Origin: Candidatus Poribacteria bacterium
Lineage (GTDB): Bacteria > Poribacteria > WGA-4E > WGA-3G
DNA length: 64,000 nucleotides
Assembly: GCA_965205025.1 (NCBI GenBank)
Contig: CBDBFU010000020.1
Span: 192,001 to 256,000, forward strand
Direction: 5' to 3'
Positions 1 to 11,118 of the stretch are shown here, piece after piece. The notes beneath the pieces are model-generated. The model was not told where the DNA came from. It saw only the letters and a program-made list of their open reading frames with translations, and did no database searches. Both the position numbers and the translations under genes were made by a program. How positions within the stretch are numbered: position 1 is the stretch's first letter; each line of letters begins with the position of its first letter.

Positions 1-1121
1 TCAAGCGCTGCGTATGTTGCTATGACGTTTGTAGCCTTAGAATCGTTTATATAATCCACGTCATTAATAGTAGCTACTTTCTCAAAAGCATGTTCTAAGG
101 CTGGGTGTGTTCGAGTAAAATCTAATAGTGCATTACGCATGATTGATGGTTGGACACTAAATATTGAACCAATCACTATAGCTGCAAGTACATTTCGAAT
201 ATTATGTGCTCCTGCAAAAGGTAATTCTTCTGCACAACAAACATAGTCTATACTCTCTTGATTTATTGAATACAGAACTTTTTTACCATTATTGATTCGC
301 AGCTCAGCTCCGATTTTTCTTACCTTTTTTCGGTTCATGTTGTTAGGTATGGTTTTTTTTGTAGTTTCATCTGTAAAGTAGACTTTCTGTGCTTTTGTAT
401 TTTCAGCAAATCTATATGCATATTCATCAGATAAGTTTAATACTATCCATTCTGATTCTGTTTGGTTTCTACAGATATTACTTTTTGCAGTAAAATATGC
501 TTCCATTGTTCCATGTCTATCAAGATGGTCTTGTGAAAGATTCAATACGACACTTACCAAAGGGCAGAATACCTCTGTACTTTCTAATTGAAAACTACTT
601 GCTTCAATAACACAAATATCGTTCTGTGTTAGTGCTGTGATCTTACTTGATAGTGGAACTCCAATATTTCCTGCTACAACTACATTATTGAATAACTCAC
701 TCTTTTCAAGGATTGCAGCGGTTAAAAGAGTTGTTGTAGACTTACCTTTTGTCCCTGTAATTGCGATAATTGGAGCGGGACAAAGATTGGCAGCGACTTC
801 TAACTCTCCTAATATCTTTATGCCTTCTTTTCTTGCTTTTTTTAAAATTGGTATATCTAAAGGGACACCTGGAGAAACAACGATTAAATGACTATCTTTG
901 ATACACTCCTCACTATGTCTACCAAGAAAATAGTCGATCTCTAATTCTTCTAACTGTACTAATTCATCAGATAATTCATTTTTCTTCCGTGAATCAGTGA
1001 TAGCTATTTTACAACCAAAACCGTGTAGTAGATTTGTAATAGCGATTCCACTACGATTTGCCCCAAAAACTGTAATTTTCTTATTGGTATAGGACCCAAT
1101 TACTGGATTAAGCAAATTCAT
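1..1121 (-). CDS. murD: UDP-N-acetylmuramoyl-L-alanine--D-glutamate ligase (3' end runs off the window)
   Basis: Manual translation from the ATG at 1121 gives MNLLNPVIGSYTNKKITVFGANRSG..., ITGTKGKSTT P-loop, EASSFQLE, LNLSQDHLDRH and YINDSKATN near position 40. It follows mraY in the dcw order. Absent from the ORF track because there is no stop codon in the window. Confidence 0.93.
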   Translation of the reverse strand, partial: MNLLNPVIGSYTNKKITVFGANRSGIAITNLLHGFGCKIAITDSRKKNELSDELVQLEELEIDYFLGRHSEECIKDSHLIVVSPGVPLDIPILKKARKEGIKILGELEVAANLCPAPIIAITGTKGKSTTTLLTAAILEKSELFNNVVVAGNIGVPLSSKITALTQNDICVIEASSFQLESTEVFCPLVSVVLNLSQDHLDRHGTMEAYFTAKSNICRNQTESEWIVLNLSDEYAYRFAENTKAQKVYFTDETTKKTIPNNMNRKKVRKIGAELRINNGKKVLYSINQESIDYVCCAEELPFAGAHNIRNVLAAIVIGSIFSVQPSIMRNALLDFTRTHPALEHAFEKVATINDVDYINDSKATNVIATYAAL

Positions 1122-1158
1122 CTCAATAATATCAGATTGGAAATGTTCCTTCTAATAC

Positions 1159-2274
1159 TTACCTTAATTTTAATGTACTTAATGCAATCAGCATTAAGAT
1201 AAATGCAACTATCCAAAAACGGATAACAACTTTAGATTCCTTCCATCCAGATAATAAGAAATGAAAATGTAGTGGTGACATCTTAATGACTCTTTTCCCA
1301 AATAGTCTATAAGACAATACTTGGATGATGACTGAGAAACACTCTGCAACAAAGATACCACCGACTATGATGAGAAGGAATTCTTGCTTTATTAATAATG
1401 CTGCAGTTCCGAGAGTTGCACCTAAAGGGAGTGAACCAGTATCTCCCATAAAAAGTTGAGCAGGATGACCATTGTACCAAAGGAATCCTAATCCAGCACC
1501 TACCAATGTAGCACAAAAGATCGCTGTAACTTCACCACCAATAGGTAGATGGAATATATTTAGGTGAGTGGCAATAATGGTATGACTTGCCATATAGCCT
1601 AATGCAGCAAATGTGCCAGCGACAAACAGTGTACACCCAATTGCTAATCCGTCCATTCCATCAGTGAGATTAACTGCATTAGATGTTCCGACAATGACTA
1701 TAGTGGCAAACGGGATATAAAAATATCCTAAATTCAACTGTATATTTTTGAAAAACGGTAGATTGAGTGTTGTACGAGTAGATATATCGTTTGCTTCAGT
1801 AGGTCCCCAATAAAAAAGATAGAATGCAATTGCTAATGCCCCTAATGTCTGGAGTAAAATTTTCTGCCAAGCTCTTAGACCAAGAGACTGTCTCTTACTG
1901 ATTTTACGCATATCATCAAGAAAACCAAGTCCACCAAACCAGATCATTGTAAAGAGCATCAGCAGGATATAGGGTTGATCTAATTTCGCCCAAAATAGAA
2001 CAGAAATCAGAACTGCTACAATGATAAGAATTCCCCCCATTGTAGGTGTACCTGCTTTACTTTGATTGTCGTTGTTTTGTGCTTGTTCTACCTCCTCTTG
2101 TATATGTTCACCAATATTTAACTGTTTTAACCTTGAGACCATAAAAGGTCCTAATACCAAAGAAATACCTAATGCTGTAGCTGTTGCATATACCGTTCGA
2201 ATACTAATAGAGCTAAAAACATCTAATAGTGGAAAACTGTCTGCAAGAGTCTGTATAAATAGATGATATAGCAT
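1159..2274 (-). CDS. mraY: Phospho-N-acetylmuramoyl-pentapeptide transferase
   Basis: KAGTPTMGG, GFLDD, NAVNLTDGMDGL, FMGDTGS and SPLHFHF motifs; polytopic membrane protein in dcw context. Confidence 0.97.
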   Translation of the reverse strand: MLYHLFIQTLADSFPLLDVFSSISIRTVYATATALGISLVLGPFMVSRLKQLNIGEHIQEEVEQAQNNDNQSKAGTPTMGGILIIVAVLISVLFWAKLDQPYILLMLFTMIWFGGLGFLDDMRKISKRQSLGLRAWQKILLQTLGALAIAFYLFYWGPTEANDISTRTTLNLPFFKNIQLNLGYFYIPFATIVIVGTSNAVNLTDGMDGLAIGCTLFVAGTFAALGYMASHTIIATHLNIFHLPIGGEVTAIFCATLVGAGLGFLWYNGHPAQLFMGDTGSLPLGATLGTAALLIKQEFLLIIVGGIFVAECFSVIIQVLSYRLFGKRVIKMSPLHFHFLLSGWKESKVVIRFWIVAFILMLIALSTLKLR

Positions 2275-2350
2275 AGTATTGGAGAAACAAATCTAACAGG
2301 AAATTATGATTAGTTGGATATCATATCATAGACTATATGAATGAATTAGA

Positions 2351-3535
2351 TTAATCATTTAGCTTACCTAAACTTGCTCCTGCGTGACTTAATAGATTAG
2401 TAGAATTAGAATATATTAGTTTATTTTTCTCTTTATGTGTTTCTAAAGCAAGTGTTACCAATTCAGAAGACAATTGACTGAAAGTTATATCTGAAGGTTC
2501 CCACAAATAGAAACTGAATGAACCAGGGATTGTGTTGATTTCATTTACATATACTCTATCGTCAGATGTAATAAGGAAATCAATTCGCGCTATTCCTGAA
2601 CAGTCCAGAATCTGAAATGTATCAGTTGCCATATTTTGAATATGTAACGTTAGGTCATCGGTAATTGGTGCAGGAATTTTTCGTTGTGCACCTGCCATCC
2701 CTTCCCTAGAAATATCTTCTGAATCATCTGGTGGTTGATGTATATATTTATCGTCAAAACTTAGAAAATCATTATTACTGAGAGGTTGTTCACAAACTGA
2801 AGGAACCGGGTTATGTGTTCCCATCACTGAACAGTTAATTTCATAGCCTTGTTCTATGCCTTCTTCAACAACTATTCGTTGGGAATATCGACAAGCCAAT
2901 TCAATCGCATCATGTAGTTCTTCTTCATCTCTAACAGGACTAACTCCTATACTTGAACCACTCATAGCCGGTTTTACAAAAACGGGATAACCTATTTCCT
3001 CTTGAACTTTATCTATAATATCTTCTGAGGTTGTATTCCACTGGTGTTTTGTGAACCAGATGTAAGGTAGGATTGGAAGACCACAGTCGCTAAGTATTGA
3101 CTTCATGATAATTTTATCCATTCCTATACAGGAACCTACTACCCCTGCCCCAACATAAGGGATATTCATTAATTCGAATAAACCTTGTAGTGTTCCATCT
3201 TCACCATGTATTCCATGAATAGCAGGAAACATAACGTCAATATTTAATTCTCTTTTTCTATTAAATAGACCAAGACGTTTGGGAATACTATAAAAGGTTG
3301 GTCTTGTTTCAAATTCAACACTGATTCTATCAAAATCTGATATGTTAGGTAAACTGCCATTCGTAAAAGTATCTAATTCATGAAGTTGGTCTCCAGTCAA
3401 CCATTCACCTTCTTTTGTAATATATATAAGGGTTACTTCATACTGATCATTTAATGCAGCTTTTAACTGATGGGCAGTTACAATGGAGACTTCATGCTCA
3501 GGAGACCTGCCACCGAATATGACCGCAACATTCAT
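2351..3535 (-). CDS. ddl: D-alanine--D-alanine ligase family protein
   Basis: FGGRSPEHEVS, HGIHGEDGTLQG, FVKPAMSGSSIG, ARIDF and NEINTIPG ATP-grasp motifs. Confidence 0.93.
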   Translation of the reverse strand: MNVAVIFGGRSPEHEVSIVTAHQLKAALNDQYEVTLIYITKEGEWLTGDQLHELDTFTNGSLPNISDFDRISVEFETRPTFYSIPKRLGLFNRKRELNIDVMFPAIHGIHGEDGTLQGLFELMNIPYVGAGVVGSCIGMDKIIMKSILSDCGLPILPYIWFTKHQWNTTSEDIIDKVQEEIGYPVFVKPAMSGSSIGVSPVRDEEELHDAIELACRYSQRIVVEEGIEQGYEINCSVMGTHNPVPSVCEQPLSNNDFLSFDDKYIHQPPDDSEDISREGMAGAQRKIPAPITDDLTLHIQNMATDTFQILDCSGIARIDFLITSDDRVYVNEINTIPGSFSFYLWEPSDITFSQLSSELVTLALETHKEKNKLIYSNSTNLLSHAGASLGKLND

Positions 3536-3660
3536 AAGTTAAATTCCTTATAGTTTTTTCCTATTGCTTCTATTATATATTATGACATTCAATACAGATA
3601 TAGCATATTAGTTTCTAATCAATTAAAATACAGTAAAGAGTTTAGGGTACAATTTATCTA

Positions 3661-5283
3661 TTAGACTGATTCATTATAATTATCTGGTAAGTCATTTTCA
3701 AAAAGGACAACATCACCAGGTGAGAGGCGTATAGCAAGGTGTTGCTGAGCATCTGTTAGATTCTTTGCGATGTATATTTTATCTTCAGGATAATCCTCAG
3801 TCTTTAATCCTTCTAAGATAGGTAATGTTCTCGCTGGTCCTACAAGGATTATGAGATCACATACCTTTGCAGCATCTGATCCAAATTTCTTATTGGCATC
3901 ATATTCTTGATCACCTAATTCAACTAACCCCGGGGTGACCAATACTTTTTGTGAATTTCCGTTACTTAAAAAATCGTTCAATACTTCAAGAGCGGCCTTT
4001 GCTCCTTCAGGATTGGCATTAAATGAATCGTCAATCACAGTAATACCAGTACCCGAATCCATTAGTTGTAAACGATGAGGAACAGGTTCCAAGGTATTAA
4101 GTGTTTCAGCTATCTCATTTAAAGTCATTCCACAATGTTGAGCAACTGCAACAGCTGCAAGTATATTCGACACGTTATGTTTGCCAAGAAGCTTTGTTGA
4201 TATTCCTACAGTTCCTGAAGTTTTGTCTTTAAATCTAAATGACAAACCTGTTTTAGATTGTATTATCTCATCTGCAGTTAATCTGTTAGTATCATTTGAT
4301 TTGACACCATAGCGTATGACAGGTACGGTATCAGTCTTCTCAGCTAAATCCGCGCAAATATTATTATCATTGTTAATGACAGCTAATCCATTAGATGGTA
4401 AAGACTGTATTAGTTCATACTTTGCTTGTGTTGTATTTTCAATACTCTTAAATCTTTCTAAATGTTGAGGCCCAACTGCAGTAAGAATACCAATCTCAGG
4501 AAAGGCAAGATCACAAAGCTCTTGTATATCTCCGCGCTTGTATGCCCCCATCTCAACAATGAAATATTCATGTTCTGGCAATAAATCTCCTCTAATGACT
4601 TTACAGATTCCCATCGGAGTGTTATAACTATCAGGTGTCATCAGTGTATTATATTTTTGGGATAGAATCTGATGAAGTATATATTTTGTACTTGTTTTGC
4701 CATAACTTCCAGTTATTCCTATGACAGTAAGTTCCAGAGATTTAATTCGTCGTCTTGCATCGCGTAAATACAAACCATTAATAAACTGTTCAACAGGCCA
4801 GATTGCAAATCCACTTAAGATCATGATAGGTATAGTAAGTTCACTAAATAGGAACGCAATTAGTCGCCATCTATTTTCCTGGATAAATAATGCTAATATT
4901 AAACCAATTCCAAAGAGTAAAACTAATGCCAAACTAAACAAACGTTTTGCCCGGAATGTATAGACCAACGGTTTTTTTACTTCAACCTTCTTACGTGTTG
5001 TTATTGCATATAGTTGATATACCATCCAAGCAATTGAGAATAAAGGAAAGGTCCAATTACCATCAATAAATGGAGGGTATAAAATTACAGGTATTGAGAA
5101 TACAACAATAATAGAAAGATCCCTGATTTCAATACATTGACTGATGTGATTTGTAACCCATTTTGTATATCGTCCAGGTTTGTATCCATCAAGTTGTAAA
5201 ATGTGTAATCCTTGAATTGCTCTAATAATTGCTCTAACTAAGCAGATAATTAAAACACTAATAAAGAGAATTTCGTTAACCAT
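3661..5283 (-). CDS. murF: UDP-MurNAc-tripeptide--D-Ala-D-Ala ligase (MurF) with N-terminal transmembrane domain
   Basis: ITGSYGKTSTK, SYNTPMG, VEMGA, HLERF, DDSFNANP motifs; the first ~170 aa are hydrophobic helices. Confidence 0.88.
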   Translation of the reverse strand: MVNEILFISVLIICLVRAIIRAIQGLHILQLDGYKPGRYTKWVTNHISQCIEIRDLSIIVVFSIPVILYPPFIDGNWTFPLFSIAWMVYQLYAITTRKKVEVKKPLVYTFRAKRLFSLALVLLFGIGLILALFIQENRWRLIAFLFSELTIPIMILSGFAIWPVEQFINGLYLRDARRRIKSLELTVIGITGSYGKTSTKYILHQILSQKYNTLMTPDSYNTPMGICKVIRGDLLPEHEYFIVEMGAYKRGDIQELCDLAFPEIGILTAVGPQHLERFKSIENTTQAKYELIQSLPSNGLAVINNDNNICADLAEKTDTVPVIRYGVKSNDTNRLTADEIIQSKTGLSFRFKDKTSGTVGISTKLLGKHNVSNILAAVAVAQHCGMTLNEIAETLNTLEPVPHRLQLMDSGTGITVIDDSFNANPEGAKAALEVLNDFLSNGNSQKVLVTPGLVELGDQEYDANKKFGSDAAKVCDLIILVGPARTLPILEGLKTEDYPEDKIYIAKNLTDAQQHLAIRLSPGDVVLFENDLPDNYNESV

Positions 5284-5302
5284 AATGTCCTAAGTTAGAA
5301 AA

Positions 5303-5353
5303 GCGCAATGAAGATGCTGCAACAGAGAAGTTACTGCAAAAAAATCATCGCGC
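5303..5353 (-). terminator. Stem-loop followed by a U-tract between the hydrolase gene and murF
   Basis: On the minus strand GCGCGAUGA pairs with UCAUUGCGC, with an inner UGCAGU/GUUGCA stem, followed by UUUUCU. Confidence 0.4.
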
Positions 5354-5443
5354 TACTATCAATTGGTATAATTCTGCATTATGGGATGCAGTTATACTAT
5401 TTAGAATTTTATAAAAGCAAAACTTGCTATCAATGTTAATACT

Positions 5444-6202
5444 TCATTCTAAAAAATTACTCACAATCTGTAAGAATTGTTCAGTTTGATCTAAGTAGGA
5501 GAAATGTCCAGCATCCTTCAATACTACCAATTCAGCATTAGGTATCTCGTTTTCCATTTTCCTTCCAGAAGACACTGGGGTGTCATTATCATCTTCACCC
5601 CATATCAACAATGTTTCTGCACTGATTTTGGATAGAAACGGATTCAAATCCTGGTTAACTGATTTTACCATTGTACCTCTCATTGGACCTGCTTCTTTAT
5701 AATCTCTGGATCCAACTCTATCTGCGATTCTGTTAGCCAATTGATTTCCAAATCTCCCTAATCTTCGAAATATACGTCCAATCCTTGCCAGTAAATATTT
5801 ACAGTAGAATTTCAGAGTTCTTCTCGGTTTTATACCAGCACTATTTACTAAGATAACTTTCTCTATTTTTTCTGGTTCTTCAGCGGCAATTACAATTGAA
5901 ATCCTTCCTCCGTATGAGTGCCCTATCAGTGAAGCTTTTTTAATATTAAGTTTATCAAGAAAACTGGAAAGTAATTTTGCATAATCTATGGCATCCCATG
6001 CTATAGGTGGTATCTCACTAAGTCCAAAACCAGGTAAATCAAGTGAATATACTTGGTGTGAACTTGATAGACTGTCAAAGACACTTTGAAATGTTCCTGA
6101 TTCTGCTCCCCAACCATGTAAAAGCACGACAGGAGAACCAGTTCCACCAACACGATATGCAACTTTGAGATTATCGATCTCAATAAATTTAACCGACAGC
6201 AT
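5444..6202 (-). CDS. Alpha/beta-fold hydrolase (esterase-like)
   Basis: HGWG oxyanion motif, DLPGFG, GHSYGG nucleophile elbow, WGEDD(N)DTP acid region, AGHF catalytic His. Confidence 0.92.
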   Translation of the reverse strand: MLSVKFIEIDNLKVAYRVGGTGSPVVLLHGWGAESGTFQSVFDSLSSSHQVYSLDLPGFGLSEIPPIAWDAIDYAKLLSSFLDKLNIKKASLIGHSYGGRISIVIAAEEPEKIEKVILVNSAGIKPRRTLKFYCKYLLARIGRIFRRLGRFGNQLANRIADRVGSRDYKEAGPMRGTMVKSVNQDLNPFLSKISAETLLIWGEDDNDTPVSSGRKMENEIPNAELVVLKDAGHFSYLDQTEQFLQIVSNFLE

Positions 6203-6282
6203 GACTAAGGTTGGTACGTTTCAAATTCAAATTACATTTGAGGCATAATATATTGCTAAGGAATATATTACGATTTTATGAA

Positions 6283-7827
6283 TTAATGTGATTCCATGTG
6301 TATATGTTTTAGTATGTCTGATGCCACAGTTCTGTCATCAAAAGGATATCTTTTGCCATTAATCTCTTGATAATCTTCATGTCCCTTACCCGCAATTACA
6401 ATAACATCATTTTTTTTTGCCTTCAAAATTGCTTTTTGAATTGCTTTGCGTCTATCTGAAATACACATAAATGCTGCATCATGTGGTAAATTTGACACAA
6501 TATCAGAGATGATTTCATCGGGATTTTCTGTCCGTGGGTTGTCCGAGGTGATTACACTAAAATCGGCTATTTCAGTAGAAATTTTACCCATTTTTGGACG
6601 TTTACTTTTATCTCTATCACCCCCACAACCAAAAACAGAAATTAACCGTCCATCTGATATATCCCGTGCAGCAGTTAACACATTTTCCAATCCGTCAGGT
6701 GTATGTGCATAATCAACTATCACAGCAAATTCATTGTTTTCATTCATAGTTGATATACGTTCAAACCGACCTGGGACAACAGTAGTTGCAAGACCATCTG
6801 AAATAGCCCGTTCGTTGCAGTTATACCGAAGTCCAACACCAATGGCAGCAAGAGCATTATAGATATTATAAGAACCAAGTAATTGTAATGATGTATGGAT
6901 ATTACTACATGAGGTGTTTAGCAAATCTCTAATATTGTCTTTTACAACGGTTGAGAAAACTAATTGCTTTAATGATATATCTATATTCTGAGCAGTTAGA
7001 TCCGCATCGGTCTTAATTCCGTATGTTAGAATGTGTTGGTGAGACATCCGTTCTTCTATCTGATGTATGACCGAAGAATCACTATTCAGTATTGCAATTC
7101 CATCCGGAGTTAATTGGTCAAATAACATCATTTTTGCATCAAGGTATTCTTTCATTGTGTTATGGTAATCAAGATGGTCTTGTGTGAAATTAGTAAAAAC
7201 TGCAGTATGGAAATTGATTCCAGCTAATCTATGTTGAGCAAGACCTTGCGATGAAGTCTCCATGACAACATATTCGACACCAGAATTAACTAATTCCTTA
7301 AAAATTGCATGGAGTCTATAAGCATCAGGTGTGGTAAGGATTGCGGGTATTTCGATTTTAGCTTTGTTATTTTCTATCTCCGGGGATTCTTGCGTTTCGT
7401 AAGAATGACCTACTGTTCCAAGTACAGCGACCTTATATCCTTGTGATCTAAGAATACTGTACGATAGATGTGCCGTGGAAGTCTTTCCATTAGTTCCTGT
7501 GATACCTATTAGTTTTAATTTTCTTGTTGGGTTTCCATACCAATTTCCAGCACAAATGGCTTGTGCTTTCCGTCCATTTGGTGTAATGACATTGGTGATG
7601 TCATTGTGGAGATAGTCAATACGTCTTTCAGAAATTATAACCTTAGCTCCATTCTCAATAGCTCCAGGAATAAAATCATGTCCATCTACATTCAATCCTT
7701 GATAACAGAGGAATGCGTATCTTTCTTTTACTAATCGGTGATCACTTACGACACCTGCTATATTGGAATTGCAATCACCAATCAATTCGACAATTTCAAC
7801 ACCTTCAAGAAGATTCTGTAGTTTCAT
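6283..7827 (-). CDS. murE: UDP-MurNAc-L-Ala-D-Glu--meso-DAP ligase
   Basis: ITGTNGKTST, TTPD, FTNFTQDHLDYH, VDYAHTPD, GCGGDRD, DNPR (meso-DAP specificity motif), AGKGHEDYQ. Confidence 0.97.
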   Translation of the reverse strand: MKLQNLLEGVEIVELIGDCNSNIAGVVSDHRLVKERYAFLCYQGLNVDGHDFIPGAIENGAKVIISERRIDYLHNDITNVITPNGRKAQAICAGNWYGNPTRKLKLIGITGTNGKTSTAHLSYSILRSQGYKVAVLGTVGHSYETQESPEIENNKAKIEIPAILTTPDAYRLHAIFKELVNSGVEYVVMETSSQGLAQHRLAGINFHTAVFTNFTQDHLDYHNTMKEYLDAKMMLFDQLTPDGIAILNSDSSVIHQIEERMSHQHILTYGIKTDADLTAQNIDISLKQLVFSTVVKDNIRDLLNTSCSNIHTSLQLLGSYNIYNALAAIGVGLRYNCNERAISDGLATTVVPGRFERISTMNENNEFAVIVDYAHTPDGLENVLTAARDISDGRLISVFGCGGDRDKSKRPKMGKISTEIADFSVITSDNPRTENPDEIISDIVSNLPHDAAFMCISDRRKAIQKAILKAKKNDVIVIAGKGHEDYQEINGKRYPFDDRTVASDILKHIHMESH

Positions 7828-9748
7828 AAACCTTCTCCATTCTTACGTAGACTATAGTCTGAGGTGTTTTGTTTTTGTGTGAAAGACTGTACTTTATTAT
7901 TGGAGGGTGTTACTGATGAATTATTTAGATTATTTCTTGTAGTTCTATGTAAAATAGAAGATCGTGTATTAGAAATCTGAGTTGTTTGATTTGTCGTCCG
8001 ATTATTTTGTGCATACCTTGTTTTTGGAATTGAATCGAACAAGGCAGTTTGTTCAATGTATTTTATTGTTTGGGATGCAATTCTTTTGAATATAGGCGCA
8101 GCAATTATACCACTGAATCTTGCACCAGAAGGTTCATCAAGTGTGACGATGATGGCAATTTTAGGATCCTCTGCCGGTAGGAACCCCATGAATGACATAA
8201 CCTCTTTACCTGCAGAATATCCTTTCCCTTTTTCGGCTTTCTGAGCAGTTCCAGTTTTACCAGCGACACTTACACCGTCAATTCTTGCGCGCCTACCACT
8301 TCCATTCTCAACGACTCCCACAAGAATATCTGACATTTCCTTTGCAATTTCAGGACGTAAGACTCTACGTATTTCAGTTGGGTAATTCATTTTTACAAGT
8401 TTACCATGATCATCCCGTACCTCTTTTGTGATATAAGGTTTTCGTAAAACACCGCCATTTGCTATGACGGTTAATGCGTTAACCATTTGCAATGGGGTGA
8501 CAGAAATGCCCTGACCAAAAGGCACAGAAGCAAGAGAATTTACATCCCATTTACGTAGTGAATACAGATTACCATTCTTTTCATAGGGGAGATCAACACC
8601 AGTCTTCTTGCCAAAACCATACCCTTCTGTATATTCTCTAAATAATTCAGGGCCTAACCTTTCAACAATTTTAATCATTCCTATGTTACTTGACTTATGT
8701 ATAACTTCAGTAAGAGATAAGTATCCTTTTGCTGAAACATCCTTAATTGCTCTACGATTCGGAAGACGGTAACGACCATTCTCACAGAAAACTGTTGATT
8801 TTTGTGACATTATTCCTTCATTCAATACAGCAGAGGATGCAACAATTTTAAAGATTGAACCCGGTTCGAATATATACCATATACCAAGATTCCGCTTTGC
8901 TTCTTCATTCGCATTATTCTGGTCATTTAAATCATAAGAAGGATAGCTTGCCATTGCTAATATTTCTGAGGTAGGAACTGATAGAACTATTGCTGTACCT
9001 CTTGATGAATTCCACTCCTTACAACCTTGGGCAAGTTCTTTCTCTGTGATACTTTGTATATATTCATCTAATGTTAGAATGACATTACATCCCGTATTCC
9101 AAGGCTTAAGGTTGTCGATTGTGATAATGAGGTAGGATCATTTGCAGTATAATTTCCTTGAATAGTGGGTTCAAGTTTTTCAAGATATGTATGATATTGG
9201 AATTCCACACCCTCACCAATATCTAAATCATTTAGATAGCCAATTACTTGTGATGCAAGTTGCTTTTTTGGATAAACCCTTTTTGGATCTACTTCTATCC
9301 TCAGACCTCTATGTTTATTTGTAATTTCTCGAATTTCGTCCAATTTCTCAAAGTCTATTCCTTTTTTCAACCATACAAATTCAACATATCTATCATTCTT
9401 TTTCTTTTTTAACAAGGAGAGAAGTTCGGTTTTAGGGGTGTCTAATATTGGTGCTAATTCTGTTGCCACTGTATAGGCATTCGATTTTCTATTGAGAGTT
9501 TTTGGGTCTGCAGCAACAGATAACCTATCTTGACTAATACCTAATACGGTACCATGTCGATCAAGGATTTTACCTCGTTTAATGACTCGGTTACTTCTTA
9601 TCCGCCAATCAATTCGAGATGCAGTTCTTGCTTCTGAATCAGTATTCTGTAATATATATAACTTCGTAAGAAGGGCAATAAAACCTAATTGTAAACAAAT
9701 TAGAATTAATACCAGCCTACGTATTGAGAGTTTATTTATCTGATTCAT
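7824..9748 (-). CDS. ftsI: Class B penicillin-binding protein (FtsI/PBP3-like), frameshifted near 9091-9100
   Basis: The N-terminal ORF has a TM helix and RGKILDRHG. After the shift the frame reads GCNVILTLDEYIQ...EILAMASYP into the transpeptidase ORF with SIFK, SSN and KTG motifs. Confidence 0.9.
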
Positions 9749-10086
9749 TGACTTCTTATGAGTTTCCTGTCTCGTAATTCAACTATTGATCCTGTATATT
9801 CCACCATTCCAAGTTCATTTGAGATCCTTCGAATTCTATCAACATCAGTTAAGGTGTTTTCGTCTAATTCAAGCTTTTGGATTTCATGCTGAATTTTGCT
9901 CTGCTGCATATCAAAAGCGGGTCTTATACGGATATATACTCTTTTTTGATAAGATGAAAACCATATACTTGCCCCGAATACACATAAGGATAATCCTAAT
10001 ACTAAGTATACAAAAAACATTGCAACTTTCGGTTTAGAGTCTTCTTCATCTGTCAATAGTTTTGATATTGTGTTTGAATCGCGCAT
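9745..10086 (-). CDS. ftsL: Cell division protein FtsL-like
   Basis: Short bitopic protein with a coiled coil and an RIRRISNELGM motif, located between rsmH and ftsI. Confidence 0.7.
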   Translation of the reverse strand: MRDSNTISKLLTDEEDSKPKVAMFFVYLVLGLSLCVFGASIWFSSYQKRVYIRIRPAFDMQQSKIQHEIQKLELDENTLTDVDRIRRISNELGMVEYTGSIVELRDRKLIRSQ

Positions 10087-10163
10087 TTGTATAATAAAAT
10101 ATACGTAGTATTGTTAATATTGATACACTTAATTGTTCTTTTTATCCCCTTCTACAAAGATAG

Positions 10164-11118
10164 TCATATCTTAGTTGCAACCCGTAGTTTAGCACTTCTG
10201 GCACGTGGGTTATATTCTATTTCATCAGTAGAAGGAATCACAGGACGTTTTGTAATCATATTTAGAACTTTTTTATGATTACAGATACATATCGGCGTTT
10301 TTGGAGGACAAATGCAATTCTTACTAAGTGTTTGAAACCTTCTCTTAACTATTCTATCTTCAAGGGAATGAAAACTAATAATACATATTCTTGCACCAGG
10401 ATTTAGTAGAGAGATTGCAGCATCCAATCCTTCTCTTAGGTTGTCAAGTTCTTTATTTACTACAATTCGTAATGCTTGAAAAACACGGGTAGCAGGATGA
10501 ATACTCCGACTATTAGACCTACTCCTTGGATTGACATTGATTGGATATGCGTTTTCAACAATATTCGCAAGTTGTAGTGTGGGTGGTAATTCGTTCTTGT
10601 TTACGAGTTGCGACGATTTCCCTAACAACCCGTTTCGAATATCGTTCTTCTCCAAATACTTCAAAAATATTAATAAGTTCTTCTGGTTGACTGTCATTTA
10701 CTATATCTGCAGCAGATATGCCTATTCCAGCATCCATACGCATATCCAAATCACCAGCCTTTTGAAAACTAAAGCCTCTACCAGGAGTATCCAACTGTAA
10801 CGAGGAAACTCCTAAATCCATCATGACACCATCTATACTATTAACACCAATTCTTCCTAATATATTAATTAGATTGGAAAAGTTACCATGAACTAAGTAA
10901 ATTTTATCTTTATACTCATATAACTTTTCTTTAGCGAGAGCGAGAGCCGACTTATCTAAATCTATTCCAATTAAACGACTAATGAAATCACAATGTTTAA
11001 GAATTTTTTGACTGTGTCCACCTAATCCAAGCGTTGCATCAACAAAAATCCCTTCTTGTTTAGGATTTAAATAATTAAGGATTTCTTTTGACAAAACAGG
11101 TATATGGTTCACAGACAT
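10164..11118 (-). CDS. rsmH: 16S rRNA m4C1402 methyltransferase, frameshifted at ~10581-10583
   Basis: HIPVL, DATLGLGGHS, DLGVSSLQLD, RGFSF and LDMRM in one frame; HPATRVFQALRI, ISFHSLEDRIVK and NPRARSAKLR in the other; removing one base joins them. Confidence 0.93.

Noticed and set aside
7824-8050. PASTA domain at the FtsI C-terminus
   Set aside because: The tail is low-complexity N/T/S/Q-rich sequence with no PASTA pattern
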